This document shows, piece by piece, positions 51,409-63,360 of a stretch of DNA of 64,000 nucleotides. Origin of the DNA: Pelagomonas calceolata (taxonomy: Eukaryota); NCBI GenBank assembly GCA_918797485.1, contig CAKKNE010000006.1, forward strand, positions 3,534,001-3,598,000, written 5' to 3'. The notes beneath the pieces were generated by a model. It was not told the origin of the DNA. It saw only the letters and a program-made list of their open reading frames with translations, and searched no databases. How positions within the stretch are numbered: position 1 is the stretch's first letter; the number at the start of each line of letters is the position of its first letter. The translations under genes and the position numbers were made by a program.

Positions 51409-53472
51409 CTAGTCCGAGTCCTCGCCCCACGACGCGGCGCGGCCGAAGATGTCCGCCTCGGCGGGCTTCTTGCGCGGCGCGTCGACGTCGGCGAAGATCT
51501 TCTTCAGCTCTTCCTTGTCCATCTCAGGACTCGGCGGCGTCGGCGGGCGCGGCGGTGGCGGCGGCTGGTGTGCTAGATCGCGTCCTCCGCCTGGTAGATC
51601 GCGCCGCCCGCCTGCTGGCGGGCCGCGGTCGCGCGCTCCAAACGAGCCGCCGCGCTCGCGGCCGCCTCCGAAGCCGCCGCCGCGGTCGCCTCCGAAGCCG
51701 CCGCCGCGGTCGCCGCCGCCGTAGCCGCCTCGGTCGCCGCCGCCATACGAGCCCCGGTCACCGCCACCGTAGCCCCCCCGGTCGCCGTAGGACCCGCCTC
51801 GGTCGCGCCCGCCGTAGGATGAGCCGCCGTAACCGCCGCGGTCGCCGCCGTAGCCGCCTCGGTCGCCATACGAGCCCCCGCGGTCGCGGCCTCCGTAGCC
51901 GCCCCCGCGAGACCCAAAGCCGCCGCCGGAGCCGCGGAAACCACCAGAGCCGCCGCCGTACCGCGGGTCCAGGTCATGAGCCCCTCCTTTAACGCGCTCC
52001 GCCGGCTTCTGCGCCGCGCGCACCGCGCCCCGGACATCACCAGAAACGCCGGCCCCGATCATGCGCGTCGCCGCTTGCGGCGCGTTCGACCGCGGGTCGT
52101 TCCGCACGCTGTCCACTGCCGCGCCGCGAGCGGCCTGCTCGCTCTCCCGCAGCGATTGGTTCCGTTCTGCCCCTCGCTTTTTGGCCTCCTCCGTCCGCAG
52201 AAACGCCGCACACTCCCGCGCGACGCGCGCGGCAGTCACGGCATCGGCATCCAAAGCCGCCTGTTCCTTCCGCTTCGCCGCAATGCTCAAGCGTTGCGCC
52301 TCCTTCGCCGCCTCGACCCGCGCCTCCTCTTCGGCGACCTTCCGCCTTCTTTCCTCCCCCAGCCGTTTCGCCTCGGCGACCATCTTGGCCCTTCTCTCTT
52401 CGGGCGTCATGGCCGCTTCCTTGCGCTTCGCCTCGGCCTCCAGCGCGTGCTTGGCCGCCTTCGCCGCCCGTTGTCGGTCCTGCTTCAATAATTTCTCGGG
52501 AGAAATCGGTGGTTTTTCTTTTTTCTTCGACTTCAGGAGATTGGGCGACGCACACGGTGCCGCCTTCATGGCCTGCGCCCGCGCCGACGGCGTCGGCGGC
52601 CCCGCCTTGATGGCGGGATCATGCAAGTAGGGGCACTCCTCCGCCCTTCGACAGTCGCCCTGAACCCAGAAGCGGCACGGCGTCTCGGCCGGCGGTTTTC
52701 GTTCCTTCTTCTTCCTTGCTGTCGTAGTAGGGGGCTTCTCCTCGGCCTCATCCTTCGAGCCTCGTCTCGGGCGTGGTTCCTTCTCGCGGAACTTGGGCGC
52801 CGCGGCCGGCGCGTCCTTCAAAGCGGCGCTGCGTGCTGAGGGAGTAGGCACGGGGCGCGGCGGTCGAGGCGGCCGCGGCGGTTTCGGCGTCGGTGCCGGT
52901 GCCGGTGCGGGCGCCTCCTCTGCCGGAGCGGGCGCCGGCGCCGGCGCGCGCTTGCCGCGGCCCTTGCGCGTCGACGGCGGCGCGCCGTGCGAGAATTGGC
53001 AGGAGGCGCCCTTCTCGCAGTTGCCCATGCGCCAGTACTTGCACGGCCTTTCGCTCTTGGGCCGCGGCGGCTTCTTCTCCATGGACCCGGCGCGGCGGCG
53101 CGGCGTCTCTGTTGCTTCCTTCTTGGGCTGCTCGTCCTTGGAGGCGGAGCGCGGGCGCGTGGCGTCCTTCGAGCCGGCGCGGCGGCGCGGCTTCGGTTTA
53201 TTTTCCTTCTCCGGCGTCGGCGCCTTGTCGTCGGGCGCCTTGGCCGCGGGCGGCTTGGCCGCGGATGCCTTGGCCGCGGGCGCCGGCGCGGCTGCCTTAG
53301 GCTGCGCTGACGCCTTCGGCGCGTCCGCGGGCTTCTTGTCCTGCCTATCTTGTGCAGCCGGGGCCTTGACAACCCTCACTGGGGCGCTGGCGTCCGGCGT
53401 CACTTCGAGATTTATGGCGGGACCACTCATAGGTGCTGCCGGATGCGTTGGAAATGCATTCACGATGCTCAA
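51409..53472 (-). CDS. Protein with two CCCH zinc fingers, coiled coil and DRGG(Y/F)G repeats; probably RNA-binding
   Basis: [11 protein letters not shown] and [11 protein letters not shown] fingers; long RGG/DRGGYG low-complexity tail. Confidence 0.7.
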   Translation of the reverse strand: MSIVNAFPTHPAAPMSGPAINLEVTPDASAPVRVVKAPAAQDRQDKKPADAPKASAQPKAAAPAPAAKASAAKPPAAKAPDDKAPTPEKENKPKPRRRAGSKDATRPRSASKDEQPKKEATETPRRRAGSMEKKPPRPKSERPCKYWRMGNCEKGASCQFSHGAPPSTRKGRGKRAPAPAPAPAEEAPAPAPAPTPKPPRPPRPPRPVPTPSARSAALKDAPAAAPKFREKEPRPRRGSKDEAEEKPPTTTARKKKERKPPAETPCRFWVQGDCRRAEECPYLHDPAIKAGPPTPSARAQAMKAAPCASPNLLKSKKKEKPPISPEKLLKQDRQRAAKAAKHALEAEAKRKEAAMTPEERRAKMVAEAKRLGEERRRKVAEEEARVEAAKEAQRLSIAAKRKEQAALDADAVTAARVARECAAFLRTEEAKKRGAERNQSLRESEQAARGAAVDSVRNDPRSNAPQAATRMIGAGVSGDVRGAVRAAQKPAERVKGGAHDLDPRYGGGSGGFRGSGGGFGSRGGGYGGRDRGGSYGDRGGYGGDRGGYGGSSYGGRDRGGSYGDRGGYGGGDRGSYGGGDRGGYGGGDRGGGFGGDRGGGFGGGRERGGSFGARDRGPPAGGRRDLPGGGRDLAHQPPPPPRPPTPPSPEMDKEELKKIFADVDAPRKKPAEADIFGRAASWGEDSD

Positions 53473-53522
53473 TGGGCTGTAATAGGCTTTCAGCGGAGAC
53501 GGAGCCCGAAATCACATTTTTG

Positions 53523-53544
53523 GCTAGTGTCTTAGGCCGCTAGC
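53523..53544 (+). promoter_or_regulatory. CTAG-TGTCTTA-CTAG promoter element
   Basis: GCTAGTGTCTTAGGCCGCTAGC in the ~117-bp gap upstream of the CCCH gene. Confidence 0.7.
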
Positions 53545-53589
53545 TGAGGTTCGCGAATAATACTTCAAAAACTTACAAAACGCACCCCC

Positions 53590-54816
53590 TCACGCCGTCG
53601 TCGCGGCAGGCATCAACCCAAGCTCCGCGACCCACACCACGTCCCCGCCGTCCGCGAGGCTACAATCCAACCCATCGATCTCGCCCTCCTTGACGTTGGG
53701 CACGTCCTTCTTGATATGAACGATTTTCAAATCCTTCTTCGCTTCCCTCAAAAATGACGACGTCGCACATTTTTCACTTTCCGCAGCTGCCATCGCGATA
53801 AATGCGGTCGCCTCCAATCCGCGAGCCACGGCGTGCTCCAGCCGTCGCTTAATCTCCTTCACTAATGACACATGTCCGTCCACCATCGGCGTCAGTTCGG
53901 CCCCGACGATGAACTCGCGCCAAGCATTTTCTTGGGGCAATTCTTTCAAATTCTTCTCCGTAGCTGTCGGCTCGTGCGGCAGGATGCCCTTGCGCACGTC
54001 GGGGTCCCACATGTACTCCTTTGCTGGAGGTGGATCGTCCTCAGCATCTTCATCACAGCCCCACCGGACCCGACGAACGATGATCGGCGCATCAGACCCT
54101 TCTTCTGTGAGCGAAGCGTTGGCACACGCCAATTCCACAAATTCATCGGTCAGAGTCACATGGCCCGCACCGGCGGCTCTAAGAGCCAATCCCAGAAACC
54201 CCGTCCCGCAGCCGAGCTCGAAGATGCGCGTTTTTGGGGTCATGTCTGGGGCTAGATAGCGTGCTAAGGCAATCGCGCCGGGCCAGACCACACCACCTAA
54301 ACCATCTGCTCCTTTCGGAGACTGCCTTATGAGGATCGGTAGTCCCTGCTCCGGTGCGTATTTCAATAGTGAAGCTTCTCGGTAGAGGGGGTCCTCTTCG
54401 TCAGTAGTTGCTCGGAGGACCAGGACGTCGCCATCGGATACGGTCTCGAACGTATCCAGCATGCTTCGCAAGCGCCGGCGCATGGATGCGGAGAGTGCTA
54501 TGACGACCGGGGCATCTTTTTGCCGTGCAAAGGCCCTTATCACAGAAACCGCGGCGTGCGCGTCCTTTGCTTCTAAGTCACCTACCACAATCACAGCATC
54601 GGCTAAAGCATAACCTGTCAAGGCTTTTCTACAATCGGCAAAGATCGCCACGGACTTGGCGCCGGCGTTTTTTACGGGCGCATAGGCGGCGTCGGCACCT
54701 ATTACAACACAGCGCCTGCCCTTGATGACGGCGGCGTCCTGTTTTAGGTAGTTTGTTAGTAACTGTACTGTTGGACTGAGAGCCGACGAGTAGGTCCGCG
54801 AGACGTAGCCGGCCAT
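53590..54816 (-). CDS. SAM-dependent methyltransferase (Methyltransf_16-like)
   Basis: GGVVWPGA, IFELGCGTG, VTLTD, VRWG. Confidence 0.78.
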   Translation of the reverse strand: MAGYVSRTYSSALSPTVQLLTNYLKQDAAVIKGRRCVVIGADAAYAPVKNAGAKSVAIFADCRKALTGYALADAVIVVGDLEAKDAHAAVSVIRAFARQKDAPVVIALSASMRRRLRSMLDTFETVSDGDVLVLRATTDEEDPLYREASLLKYAPEQGLPILIRQSPKGADGLGGVVWPGAIALARYLAPDMTPKTRIFELGCGTGFLGLALRAAGAGHVTLTDEFVELACANASLTEEGSDAPIIVRRVRWGCDEDAEDDPPPAKEYMWDPDVRKGILPHEPTATEKNLKELPQENAWREFIVGAELTPMVDGHVSLVKEIKRRLEHAVARGLEATAFIAMAAAESEKCATSSFLREAKKDLKIVHIKKDVPNVKEGEIDGLDCSLADGGDVVWVAELGLMPAATTA

Positions 54817-55007
54817 TGTTGCTGTGTCGTGGCGGCTGGCGTTTTTGTGGCAGCCTTTTTTGTGAGTGGTCTTTTGTGGAACGCTGCGCTTCAAACGCTT
54901 CGATATCAGAGCGGCTGCTACCACTGTTCGATATCTGTTGCTGAAACACGCCAGCGACTGGCAGGTACCGAGGTAGAGCAATCGTATTCGACGCGAGCAA
55001 AAGTGAA

Positions 55008-55030
55008 GCTAGCGTCCTGTAAGACACTAG
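55008..55030 (-). promoter_or_regulatory. CTAG-TGTCTTA-CTAG promoter element
   Basis: Reverse complement reads CTAGTGTCTTACAGGACGCTAGC, 192 bp upstream of the methyltransferase ATG. Confidence 0.7.
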
Positions 55031-55226
55031 GGATCCAGAACGATGAATCGGCGACGCGCGGTGTGTCTCCCACATAGGGGCACCGCCCACTAGTCCTAGC
55101 ACCGTAACAATAGACCCACCTCCACTATGCACCTCGCGTCCTCTCGTTACGGTCCACAAACAAAGCTCTAGAACAAAGCTCGGCGTCGACGAGGTGTATG
55201 AACCTTACCCGAGAGGAACACAGAAT

Positions 55227-56217
<991 letters not shown>

Positions 56218-56467
56218 GGTTGCCTTGGCCTATTTAAGCCTCTGAGATGCCAAAAGGTCTCCGGTTTCACGGCTCGAGATTTTTTATTTTTTTGGCTAAA
56301 AAACGGGTTTTAAAGTTTGAAAAGATGCGCTCCTGGACGTGCTAAAAGCGCTAGTTACAACAAGAGACCCATGGTGCACGTCTTTTGCCCAACAAGGCGC
56401 ATCAGTTCCTCACTCCGCGCCCGCGGCGCGAGCGTCACCAGTCCCAGAGAATGTTAAAACCTTACGC

Positions 56468-59400
56468 TCACCAGCGCAGGTTGTCCGACGGGTGCCGAGC
56501 GCGCAACGACGACGACGACAACCGCCTAAGGAGATCATCCACCGCCCGTCGCGGCGACGCCGGCTCCCGGTTCCGACTGCCCGAGGACGTATCCAGGTCC
56601 CGGTCCACGGAGTCAAACAACGCCGACCGTAACGCAGGTAACGACGCTTGGTCGCGATCCGCCAGGGACGCCGAGAGCTTCCTTCTGAGATTGTCCCGCT
56701 TCCTCACGAACCTCCGCACTTTCGGGAGCGCGTAATCAGCCGCCAGCCCCGCCATCCTCGTCAAGCGCCAGTAGCACGACGCGGAAAAGTCCGCCACGGG
56801 CTTGATCTCCAGGAACAGGTCCATGGTGCCCCCCTCCAGGTCCTCCGCTAATTGCGATTTATTTCTCAGTACTTGGAGCGTCGCGTTAACCTTGGACATG
56901 CTAGGCACCTTCCGACAATCTCGAGACCGACCGACACAAACTAGCAAGACATTCAACCATCGTCGCAGCAAAAGATACCAGCCGGAAACACCGCTTTCCC
57001 CGTACACGATGACGTCGCGAAACTCTCCTCCACTACTATCAACCACCGACACACCTACCACCGTTCGGACGCATCCTGTACTTCTCATTTCTCTCACCGG
57101 TAGGTTATTGACATAACAACCGTCGCAGTGCAGGTCGCCGGTCTTCTGACATCGCATCGGTGGTAGCAATTCAGCTACACTCATAGAAGCTCTACACGCA
57201 AAGACCAGGTCTCCCGCCGAGATAGAATGCCCTTGCTGCCTCGTCAAGTTCGTCGTGACGCAGAAAAAGGGCAGCCAGCAGTCCTCGACGTCTCGTCGCG
57301 ACCAGACCTTTCTTCTCACGACTCTTCTAGCATCAGAAGGGTGTTCCTCATCATCATCGCTTTCGTCGGACAAACACGAGTCGTTTCTCCGTCCTATGGG
57401 TCGGGACCAGGCGAAGGACAAACCCCTACGCACCGCCCTACTAAACAGTTTACCGGAGAAAACACTGAGTAGTGGTAGCGTCAGCTCCCAAGCCAATGAA
57501 GGCGGACTGGTCAGCGTCCGAGCGATCTCCTCACTTGCAACGGACGTGGCCTCCAGCCGATCATCATTGCGCTGCGGGAGAGCGTAGGCCGCTGCGCAGT
57601 AGGCGCCCTGACTACACCCAGCAACCACATCGGGCATCAACCCGCCTTCCTCCAGGGCCCGCAACACACCTAAGTGGCCCAGGCCGCGACCGCCACCTCC
57701 ACCAAGCACAACTCCAACAGCTCGACCGGCAACAATTCTGGCAACACGTCCTAGGTCGTTTGCATCATTCCTCACACAGTGTAGCAGTCGAGGCGCGCAT
57801 CCTTGGGTCGGTGCCGGTCTCGCAGCCAACCACCTACTACTCCGTTTCGGTGGAGGGGCGTTGCGGTCGTGCACGAGTAAAACTATACTTTTCTTCCTGG
57901 TTATTTCCGAGCCGCCGTACAACGCTCTTCTCTCCAATCGGCGAGGTGCCACGGCCGACGAGCGAGCCGCATCCGCGACAACCAACGCCACATCGCTTTG
58001 CGCCAACGCCAACCGAGCCCACGCCCGCGCGAACGCCCTTGTAGGTACTATGTCGTCCTCCTCGTCTTCGCGGTCGAAGCACTCCAGGACCACGAACCGG
58101 TGCCGCTCTTCTCGCTCAGCGAGCCACGAAGCCACACGTCTTCTCCACAACGCGGGCGCGACGTGGCCGTGGTGCGACGTCCACGGGTCCCCGAAACGCT
58201 TCGCTATTGCTGCTGGAGTGACCACCAAAGCTTTGCCCTCCTGGATGGCCGTGAAGGATCTACACAAAGTTTCGGCGTTGGCACCAGCTGCCAAGTTGCC
58301 CGCGCCGTCGACGCCCGTAATCGCGACCGTACTCACTTCGTCCTGCTCCTTCTGGCCCTTCAGCCCATGGGCCAATTTCGCCAGCCATAGCGCGCCGTTT
58401 CCATCTAGCGCTTTCCGCGGCACCGCCACCAGCTCCGAATCGCGGAGACACGTCGCGTCAAAATCGAGGCGATGCTTCGCTGCGAGGGCAGCGGCGAGAC
58501 CCACAACGCCACCTCGCGAGACGTCCTCCACCTCTTCTATGAGATCCTCGTCATATCGCAAGACACGGACTCGTCCCGTGACGACGACATAGAAATGGTC
58601 GGGCGCGAGGTCGCCTCGAGACATGAGCTTGACGCCCGCGTGCAGCCACCTCCGCGACAGTCCCGCATCGGTAAAAGCTCTTACATCGGGCGCCATGGCC
58701 GCGACGACGCCCAACAGACATTTCGAGGCGTTCGCCGCTATACTTAGATTCGTGCGGAACGCTCCTTCTGGGATCTTCGCGAGCACCACTCCGTGGTCGT
58801 CCGGGCCGTTCGACGCCATGACTTGCAATGCTTTTCGTAGTCGTTCCGTGGTACTGCGGCCGTCGTCATCCAAGAACCGAAACCCATCTAGAACAGCGGG
58901 CGCCGTGACGCGTCTCGTCCTCGACTCGTCCAACGAACCACCAACGAGTACGGAACCTTCCAATAACACATATAATTTGCGCGGGTCGTCGAGTTTGATG
59001 ATGGTGGAGGGAGCATGTCTCGAAGCGAAGGGCTTCAGTGAGCTATAGTCGTCCTGCGAAAGTGACGCTGCTGAATCTCCACAAGTGTTCATCCTGAGGA
59101 ATTCCCGATTCGCGAAGCGCGCGACGCGATGCAGTCTTGATAGCGTCCGGCGAGCATACGAGAGTAGAGCGGCGGGCCTTTCTGTAGCTAGATCGCGAAG
59201 AGATGCCGCGTCGAGCTCACAAGTGATCGTACCACCTTCCGTCGAATGCGACACGACCCTATGGGGTGAGGAAGACACATCTTGATCAGAAGCGGCAGCG
59301 GCCACGACGGAGAACTTGCCCAGCGCTTCCAAGGGTCCTAACGTCGCGACGACCTTCTCGCGCGGCGACTGCTCCGCATGTCTTGAAGATACGGTGCGGT

Positions 59401-60031
59401 CGTCGTCCAAGTCCAAGCCCACCGCCGTCGACAGCGACTGGGACCGCGCCGCTCTTTGGACCGTCGGCCGCTCCACATTTTCGAGGTGATCCTCTTCGTC
59501 GTCGCTCTCCTCGTCGTCTTCGCGCAGGGCTTTTATGGCGAGGGAGCCGCTCACTACTAGGATGAGGGTGTCTCGGAGAGCGCCTCGCGCTTGGACGGTG
59601 GCACCAGGCCTATAGCGCCGCCACCGCACTCGTTCTAGGACGGCATCCCTCAGAGCCTCGTCGCTCGGATCATCAACTAAAAAACCAAGAGGAGTGCCCG
59701 CGAGCCACCTCGCTGCTCTAGCTGCATCAGCTGGTACTAATTTAGTGCGGCTTTCTTGCGTGCCTTGTCGGTAATCTGTGGAAGACGCTCGTCGGAACGA
59801 CGGCGTCTGCGGTACTATCAAAGGTGCCACCTCATCATCCGAATCGTCGTCCGAGAAGGAGGCGGTGGTGGCTTCTCGCCTCGCTTCCGACGGGGCCTGC
59901 TGCTGCTGCGCCCGCAAGCGCCTCCTATGTCTTCTCCGTCGTCTCGCGCCACGGACCCACGCGGCTACCGCCCAGGCCGACGCGGCGACGAGCGTTACGG
60001 TGCGCGTGGTTCTGCGGCCGCCGCTGCCCAT
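56468..60031 (-). CDS. Neuropathy target esterase-like (PNPLA6/7, NTE1) lysophospholipase
   Basis: N-terminal transmembrane segment, cNMP-binding-like domains, patatin motifs GGGGRG, GCSQG and DG.Y.NNLP. Confidence 0.85.
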   Translation of the reverse strand: MGSGGRRTTRTVTLVAASAWAVAAWVRGARRRRRHRRRLRAQQQQAPSEARREATTASFSDDDSDDEVAPLIVPQTPSFRRASSTDYRQGTQESRTKLVPADAARAARWLAGTPLGFLVDDPSDEALRDAVLERVRWRRYRPGATVQARGALRDTLILVVSGSLAIKALREDDEESDDEEDHLENVERPTVQRAARSQSLSTAVGLDLDDDRTVSSRHAEQSPREKVVATLGPLEALGKFSVVAAAASDQDVSSSPHRVVSHSTEGGTITCELDAASLRDLATERPAALLSYARRTLSRLHRVARFANREFLRMNTCGDSAASLSQDDYSSLKPFASRHAPSTIIKLDDPRKLYVLLEGSVLVGGSLDESRTRRVTAPAVLDGFRFLDDDGRSTTERLRKALQVMASNGPDDHGVVLAKIPEGAFRTNLSIAANASKCLLGVVAAMAPDVRAFTDAGLSRRWLHAGVKLMSRGDLAPDHFYVVVTGRVRVLRYDEDLIEEVEDVSRGGVVGLAAALAAKHRLDFDATCLRDSELVAVPRKALDGNGALWLAKLAHGLKGQKEQDEVSTVAITGVDGAGNLAAGANAETLCRSFTAIQEGKALVVTPAAIAKRFGDPWTSHHGHVAPALWRRRVASWLAEREERHRFVVLECFDREDEEDDIVPTRAFARAWARLALAQSDVALVVADAARSSAVAPRRLERRALYGGSEITRKKSIVLLVHDRNAPPPKRSSRWLAARPAPTQGCAPRLLHCVRNDANDLGRVARIVAGRAVGVVLGGGGGRGLGHLGVLRALEEGGLMPDVVAGCSQGAYCAAAYALPQRNDDRLEATSVASEEIARTLTSPPSLAWELTLPLLSVFSGKLFSRAVRRGLSFAWSRPIGRRNDSCLSDESDDDEEHPSDARRVVRRKVWSRRDVEDCWLPFFCVTTNLTRQQGHSISAGDLVFACRASMSVAELLPPMRCQKTGDLHCDGCYVNNLPVREMRSTGCVRTVVGVSVVDSSGGEFRDVIVYGESGVSGWYLLLRRWLNVLLVCVGRSRDCRKVPSMSKVNATLQVLRNKSQLAEDLEGGTMDLFLEIKPVADFSASCYWRLTRMAGLAADYALPKVRRFVRKRDNLRRKLSASLADRDQASLPALRSALFDSVDRDLDTSSGSRNREPASPRRAVDDLLRRLSSSSLRARHPSDNLRW

Positions 60032-60406
60032 TATGAGCACCTCTTCTTTTTTAGTACACTGCTGAAGGAAAGGCTTGCAGCCGGACCAATGCGTCTATGA
60101 GATAACTGCAGCACGCCCAAGCTAGCTTGAGCTGTGCTGTTGACTGCTCACCACAGCAGCAGCACTGCTTCCGCTCTCCCCGAGAAACAGCTGAATTGCG
60201 AGGCGCTGCTCTGAGAGAGCCCTAAAGCTACGCGAGACGTACTAGCGTCGAAGATAAAAAAGGCTCAAGCGCAGGCGGGATACATATGTAGTCGCCGCGA
60301 CGGCGTGGCGAAGACAAAATTGGGGAAAAGGGCGGGATTTGTTCGCGCGGTTGGCGGCGCGGCGCGACTCGATGAGATTATCAACAACAAGCTTAGCACA
60401 GCGACG

Positions 60407-61354
60407 CTATCCGAGGGCCGCCGCGCAATCGGCCATCGCGCGGACGAGTTTCTGGCGCGCCGGCGAAGACGGGTCCGCTTTGAACGAAGCGTAGCCGACG
60501 GACCGGACCGGCGTCAGATCATTCGTCGTCGACAAGACCCAGACCTCGTCGGCGCGTTCCAGGTCGGACAGGCGGTGGACGCCCTCGTCGACGCGGAAGT
60601 TTTCGGCCGCCGCCGCGTCCAGGAGGAGTCGCGCCGTGATCGACTCGAGCATGCCTAAGCGTCTCCAACAAGGGACCTTGAGCACCTTGTCCTCGAGCCA
60701 GGCCACGGCAAAGTTCGGCCCGTCGAGCACTGCACGGTCGCCGAGCGGACCGTCGTCGGCAACACCCCAGCCGCGGGCCAGCAACAGCGCGTCGTCCGCA
60801 CCGGTCCTGCGAGCCAGGCGCGCCGAGTGCATGTTGGCCCCATAGGCGAGCCACTTGATCGTCGCCCAGTCTTTGCTGAAGCCGGCCGGATGCCATGGCG
60901 CGCAGATCGGCTCGAGCGCGAACGTCTTGGCGTCGTCCGCAGTAATCGGCTGCCAGACACAAAAGGCGTTTGCGGGGGCGTCCAAATCGGCGAGGTGGTC
61001 GCCGTAGCCCTGGCTCCCACCGCCGCGCGTCACCATGAGCCGCACGTATCCGCCCTGGCCGCCGTTGCGCGCCGCGTCCCGCAGCCAGCTCTCGAGGTGG
61101 GCGCGCGGCGGCAGTTTGAGCTCCAATGCGGCAGCTGAGCGTTCTAATCGATCGAGATGCAACGACACGGCCCTCGGCGCCGGCACGCCGTCGCGGTCCT
61201 GGACGACCCTTACGGCCTCGAAGACGCCGTCGCCGCGCTGGAACGTGACGTCCCAGATGCTGCACTTGAGCGATGCCGCGGGCGTCGGCACGCCGTTGAG
61301 GGATGCAAATGTGCTGCTGTGTCTGCTGAGGCTGCGGAGCGTCCGGAATGCCAT
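60407..61354 (-). CDS. PLP-dependent aminotransferase class IV (BCAT/DAAT/ADC-lyase family)
   Basis: RGDGVFEA, HLDRL..SA, IKWLAY, L.SIT, ADEVW..ST; mitochondrial-like leader. Confidence 0.85.
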   Translation of the reverse strand: MAFRTLRSLSRHSSTFASLNGVPTPAASLKCSIWDVTFQRGDGVFEAVRVVQDRDGVPAPRAVSLHLDRLERSAAALELKLPPRAHLESWLRDAARNGGQGGYVRLMVTRGGGSQGYGDHLADLDAPANAFCVWQPITADDAKTFALEPICAPWHPAGFSKDWATIKWLAYGANMHSARLARRTGADDALLLARGWGVADDGPLGDRAVLDGPNFAVAWLEDKVLKVPCWRRLGMLESITARLLLDAAAAENFRVDEGVHRLSDLERADEVWVLSTTNDLTPVRSVGYASFKADPSSPARQKLVRAMADCAAALG

Positions 61355-61599
61355 CTCTGGCTAGAATATCTCGTTCAGAGGACGGCAGTGGTCCAAAACT
61401 AAGGTTCGCGTGCTTGGTTCAGTCGCTCGTTGCCGCACGACGCCGCAATCGTTTTGGCAAGAAATGAGCCGCCGGAGAGCACCGCTCTTTGAAGCAAACT
61501 GGGCAGCGCTGCGCGCGCACGACTGCTCCGTACCAGCTGCAGAGGCCAACACGACGCCAAACTCGTCAGAAACGCACCGCTAATGGCCCGCGGCGCTCG

Positions 61600-63120
61600 A
61601 TGAGACTCGTGCGCCTGGCGTCACTGATGAGCGCCCTGGAACCCTCGACGACGCGGCGCTCGGCCGGCGCGCTGCGGCGCCTCGCCGGCGGCGACGGCGA
61701 CGACGCGCCCGCGAAGCTGGCCGCCGCGTTACACGACGAGAACTGGCGCGTGCAAGAAATCGAGGCCTGCAAGGACGCAAGCGGCAAAGGTCCTTTACAT
61801 TTTGCGGCGTGGCGCGGCGCGCCGAAGAACTGCGAGATCTTGATCGACGCCGGGTGTGATGTGGAAGCTCCGGCGACGGGCGAGTTCTCGTACGGCAAGA
61901 CGCCGCTGTTCTTCGCCGTGACGCGGTGCCGAGACGCGACCGTGTTAGCGTTGCTCGCGCGAGGCGCCGCGACGAAGATCGTGAACAACAAAGGGCAGTC
62001 CGTGCGCGCGCTGGCAATATCTCATTTGAAGCCCGAGACCTACCGAGCGGTCGTCGACGCGGAGGAGGCGGACACGCGCCCCTGGATCAATTGGAGGGAG
62101 ACGAAGAGCGACGGCCTGACGTACGGTGATCTGGACGCGCGCTTTCTGGAGCGGCCGCTGGAACCGAGGGATGTTGTTGATGACGTCGCCGTGAACCCGA
62201 CGACTCACATTTCAAGGCGCGGCGCCTTTCTTCGCAAGAACCCGCAGAGGCAGCAGAAGCAGCAAGCACCACCCGGCAAGCCGCCCAAGCCGTCGACCTA
62301 CGCGCCGTCCGCGCCACCTGCCGACTCTGAAGCGCTCCTGCAAGCTGTGTCGGACGCGTCCGACGAGGTAGAGACCGTCGGGGCCCTTGAGGCGCTCGCG
62401 ACCGCGTGGGCGGACCGCAAGGGCCCCTGGCTGCCTCCTCTCGCCGACGCCGTCGCAAAAGTAGTGCCGCGAGATCGCCTCGAGGCCGCGGCCGCGACTT
62501 TGGGGGAGGAGGGCTTGGCGGCGCGGCTCGCGCGGCGGGCCCTCGGCGGCGCGCCGCGGCCGCCCGCGCCGCCGCCGCCGCCCAAGGCCTTTCAGAGACG
62601 TGCCAAGACGCCGGCGGCGCCGCCCGTCGACGCGACGCTGCCGCCGTGCGCGCTCTCCGGCGAACCGACCTGGGTCGACGACGACGTCGGCGCCGTGGCC
62701 GCAGCCGTCGTTACGGCGAAGCGCGTCGCGTTCGACTGCGAATTTTCTGCTGTTCCGGATCGCGTGGCGACGATTCAAGTCGCTCTGGACGACGGCCGCG
62801 TCTTTGTCGTCGACGGAACGCTGAACCTAGACCCGCTCGTCGACGCGTTGTCGGCGCGACGGGTCCTGGGCTACGGCGTCGGCGAGGATTTAAAGCGATT
62901 ACCGCGCCGGGACTGGAGCGTCGACGACCTCCAAAGGCGCTTCCCGCGGCACAAGGCGCCTTCGTTGCAGCGCGTCGTCGCCGAGGTCCTGGGCGAGTAC
63001 GTCGACAAGGCCCTCCAGCGGTCGGACTGGGACTCTAGACCGCTGTCGTCCGAGCAGTTGCGGTACGCGGCGCTGGATGCGGCGGTGTTGTTGCGACTTG
63101 AGGCGGCGTTCGCGACTTGA
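61600..63120 (+). CDS. Ankyrin repeats plus DEDDy 3'-5' exonuclease
   Basis: Ankyrins GKGPLHFAA and GKTPLFFA; exonuclease motifs AFDCE and SDW..RPL..EQLRYAALDA. Confidence 0.82.
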   Translation: MRLVRLASLMSALEPSTTRRSAGALRRLAGGDGDDAPAKLAAALHDENWRVQEIEACKDASGKGPLHFAAWRGAPKNCEILIDAGCDVEAPATGEFSYGKTPLFFAVTRCRDATVLALLARGAATKIVNNKGQSVRALAISHLKPETYRAVVDAEEADTRPWINWRETKSDGLTYGDLDARFLERPLEPRDVVDDVAVNPTTHISRRGAFLRKNPQRQQKQQAPPGKPPKPSTYAPSAPPADSEALLQAVSDASDEVETVGALEALATAWADRKGPWLPPLADAVAKVVPRDRLEAAAATLGEEGLAARLARRALGGAPRPPAPPPPPKAFQRRAKTPAAPPVDATLPPCALSGEPTWVDDDVGAVAAAVVTAKRVAFDCEFSAVPDRVATIQVALDDGRVFVVDGTLNLDPLVDALSARRVLGYGVGEDLKRLPRRDWSVDDLQRRFPRHKAPSLQRVVAEVLGEYVDKALQRSDWDSRPLSSEQLRYAALDAAVLLRLEAAFAT

Positions 63121-63360
63121 GGTTTCTGTGTTATTCTGTTGTGTACTATTAAAACGAGATACGTAACTTTGGACTCGCGACAGGTATCCCAAAATACCCG
63201 CACTATCGAAAACCCCACTAGCCCCCCTGAGCTTGCACAGGCCCTCGCACGACTGCAACCGGCTCATACGCCGCACCTGTTGCCGTGCAAACAGAGAAGC
63301 GACTAGAAATAGCTCGCAAGTAGCCCCGGAATCCAAAGCAGCCTCTAAAAGCGCTCAACA

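Noticed and set aside
51660..51960. GC-rich tandem repeats as satellite DNA
   Set aside because: They encode the in-frame DRGGYG low-complexity tail of a protein.
5156..55030. CTAG repeats as a CRISPR array or REP elements
   Set aside because: Copies are single and kilobases apart, with no spacer structure and no cas genes; the DNA is eukaryotic.
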